From the NCBI GenBank assembly GCA_963765205.1, contig CAVXVB010000002.1, forward strand, positions 1-64,000: a stretch of DNA of 64,000 bases. Direction: 5' to 3'. A program made the position numbers and the translations under genes. Positions within the stretch are counted from its first letter, which is position 1. Each line of letters begins with the position of its first letter. The DNA comes from an uncultured Verrucomicrobiae bacterium. Lineage in GTDB: Bacteria > Verrucomicrobiota > Verrucomicrobiia > Opitutales > JABDGR01. Shown here piece after piece: positions 62,740-64,000 of this stretch. The notes beneath the pieces are model-generated. The model saw nothing but the letters and a program-made list of their open reading frames with translations. It was not told where the DNA came from and made no database searches.

Positions 62740-64000
62740 ACACCCTCGACTACGTTGTGCTGTTTGGCACCCTGCTCGGCATCGCCCTTTACGGCGTGTG
62801 GCGCACGCGCGGCCGGCGCGACTTGCGCGGCTACCTGAAGGGTGACGGCCAGGCGCGCTGGTTCATCATCGGCCTTTCCGTCATTGCCACCCAGGCCAGC
62901 GCGACGACGTTTTTGTCCATTCCCGGCCAGGGCTACCAGGACGGCCTGGGCTTTGTGCAAAATTATTTTGGCGGGCCGTTCGCGATGATCCTGATCGCCG
63001 CGGTTTTCTTGCCGATTTTCCGGCGCCTGCAGGTGTTCACCGCCTATGAATTTCTGGGCCGGCGCTTCGACAGCAAGACGCGGCTGCTCGGTGCGGCGCT
63101 GTTCCTCACCCAGCGGGGCATTGGCGCGGCGCTGACCATTTACGCGCCGGCCATCGTGCTGTCGGCCGTCTTCGGCTGGCCGCTCAATTGGACCATTATT
63201 TGCAGCGGGCTGGTCTGCGTCGTCTATACGGTCACGGGCGGCAGCGACGCCGTGCGGCTCACACAAAAATACCAGTTGGGCATCATCTGCGCGGCGATGG
63301 TGGCGGCTTTTTTTCTTTTGCTGGCGAAGATGCCCACGGGTTTTCGCGACACGCTGGCGCTGGCCGGGGGCTTCCACAAATTGGCGGCGGTGGATTTTTC
63401 GCCCAACCTGCACACGCGCTACACGTTCTGGTCAGGCACCATCGGCGGCTTTTTCCTCGCGCTGGCGTATTTCGGCGCCGACCAGTCGCAGGTGCAGCGC
63501 TATATTGGCGGCGCTTCGCTGCGCGACGGCCGCCTCGGGTTGATGTTTCACGCGGTGTGCAAAATCCCGATGCAGTTTTTTATTCTGCTGCTCGGCGTGC
63601 TGCTGTTTGTGTTCTACCAGTTTGCGCCGTCGCCGCTGCTGTATGCGCGCCAGTCGCGCGAATTCCTCGCGCAAAACGCCCCCGCGGAAAAACTGCAACC
63701 CATCGAGGCGGAATTTGCGGACGCGCGCAATGCGGAGGGGCAGCAATTGCAGGCGTGGCTGGCCGCACGCCGGACCGGGGATGCCGCGTCCGCACTGGCC
63801 GCGTTGACGGCCGCGCAGACTGCAAATGCGCAGAGTGCGGACGCCCGCCAGCGCGCCGGCGATTTACTGGAGGGCCTGCATCCGCCGACCAAGGCCAACG
63901 AGGCCGACTATGTTTTTATCACTTTCATCCTGAATTATCTGCCGCACGGGTTGATCGGCCTGCTCGTGGCCGCATTTTTTGCCGCGGCGCTTAGTTCGAA
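62736..64000 (+). CDS. Sodium:solute symporter, runs off the window end
   Basis: GTG start NTLDYVVLF, GLSVIATQASATTFLSIPGQGY, TAYEFLGRRFD, YFGADQSQVQRY. Confidence 0.9.
   Translation, partial: MNTLDYVVLFGTLLGIALYGVWRTRGRRDLRGYLKGDGQARWFIIGLSVIATQASATTFLSIPGQGYQDGLGFVQNYFGGPFAMILIAAVFLPIFRRLQVFTAYEFLGRRFDSKTRLLGAALFLTQRGIGAALTIYAPAIVLSAVFGWPLNWTIICSGLVCVVYTVTGGSDAVRLTQKYQLGIICAAMVAAFFLLLAKMPTGFRDTLALAGGFHKLAAVDFSPNLHTRYTFWSGTIGGFFLALAYFGADQSQVQRYIGGASLRDGRLGLMFHAVCKIPMQFFILLLGVLLFVFYQFAPSPLLYARQSREFLAQNAPAEKLQPIEAEFADARNAEGQQLQAWLAARRTGDAASALAALTAAQTANAQSADARQRAGDLLEGLHPPTKANEADYVFITFILNYLPHGLIGLLVAAFFAAALSS

Overview
High-GC bacterial chromosome segment. Gene content (dapL, DUF2851, a giant pilin-N-terminus protein, short tandem intergenic repeats) suggests Verrucomicrobiota, probably Opitutales; this is inference. 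Bases 7-3177 are an error-rich inverted copy of 3370-7200 and look like a long-read fold-back artefact. Nine single-base frameshifts, several in housekeeping genes, show the consensus is unpolished. The rest carries housekeeping genes (rsmE, DEAD helicase, ligA, lgt, lysA, holB, tmk, tolQRA/exbBD-tonB-like, pckG, gpmI, dapL, tRNA-Val) with small accessory patches. Best finding: a 158-bp intragenic inversion (54135-54292) between 8-bp inverted repeats. Flipping it joins two broken ORFs into one uninterrupted 305-aa membrane-anchored exported protein, so it is a candidate intragenic phase switch. Other notable items: an OmpA/Pal-like lipoprotein with a strictly periodic 29-aa collagen-like spacer next to tolQRA; an M.PvuII-like methyltransferase with an in-frame TAG beside an intact HNH nuclease; a direct-repeat-flanked nucleotidyltransferase two-gene module; and an unnamed domain present twice.
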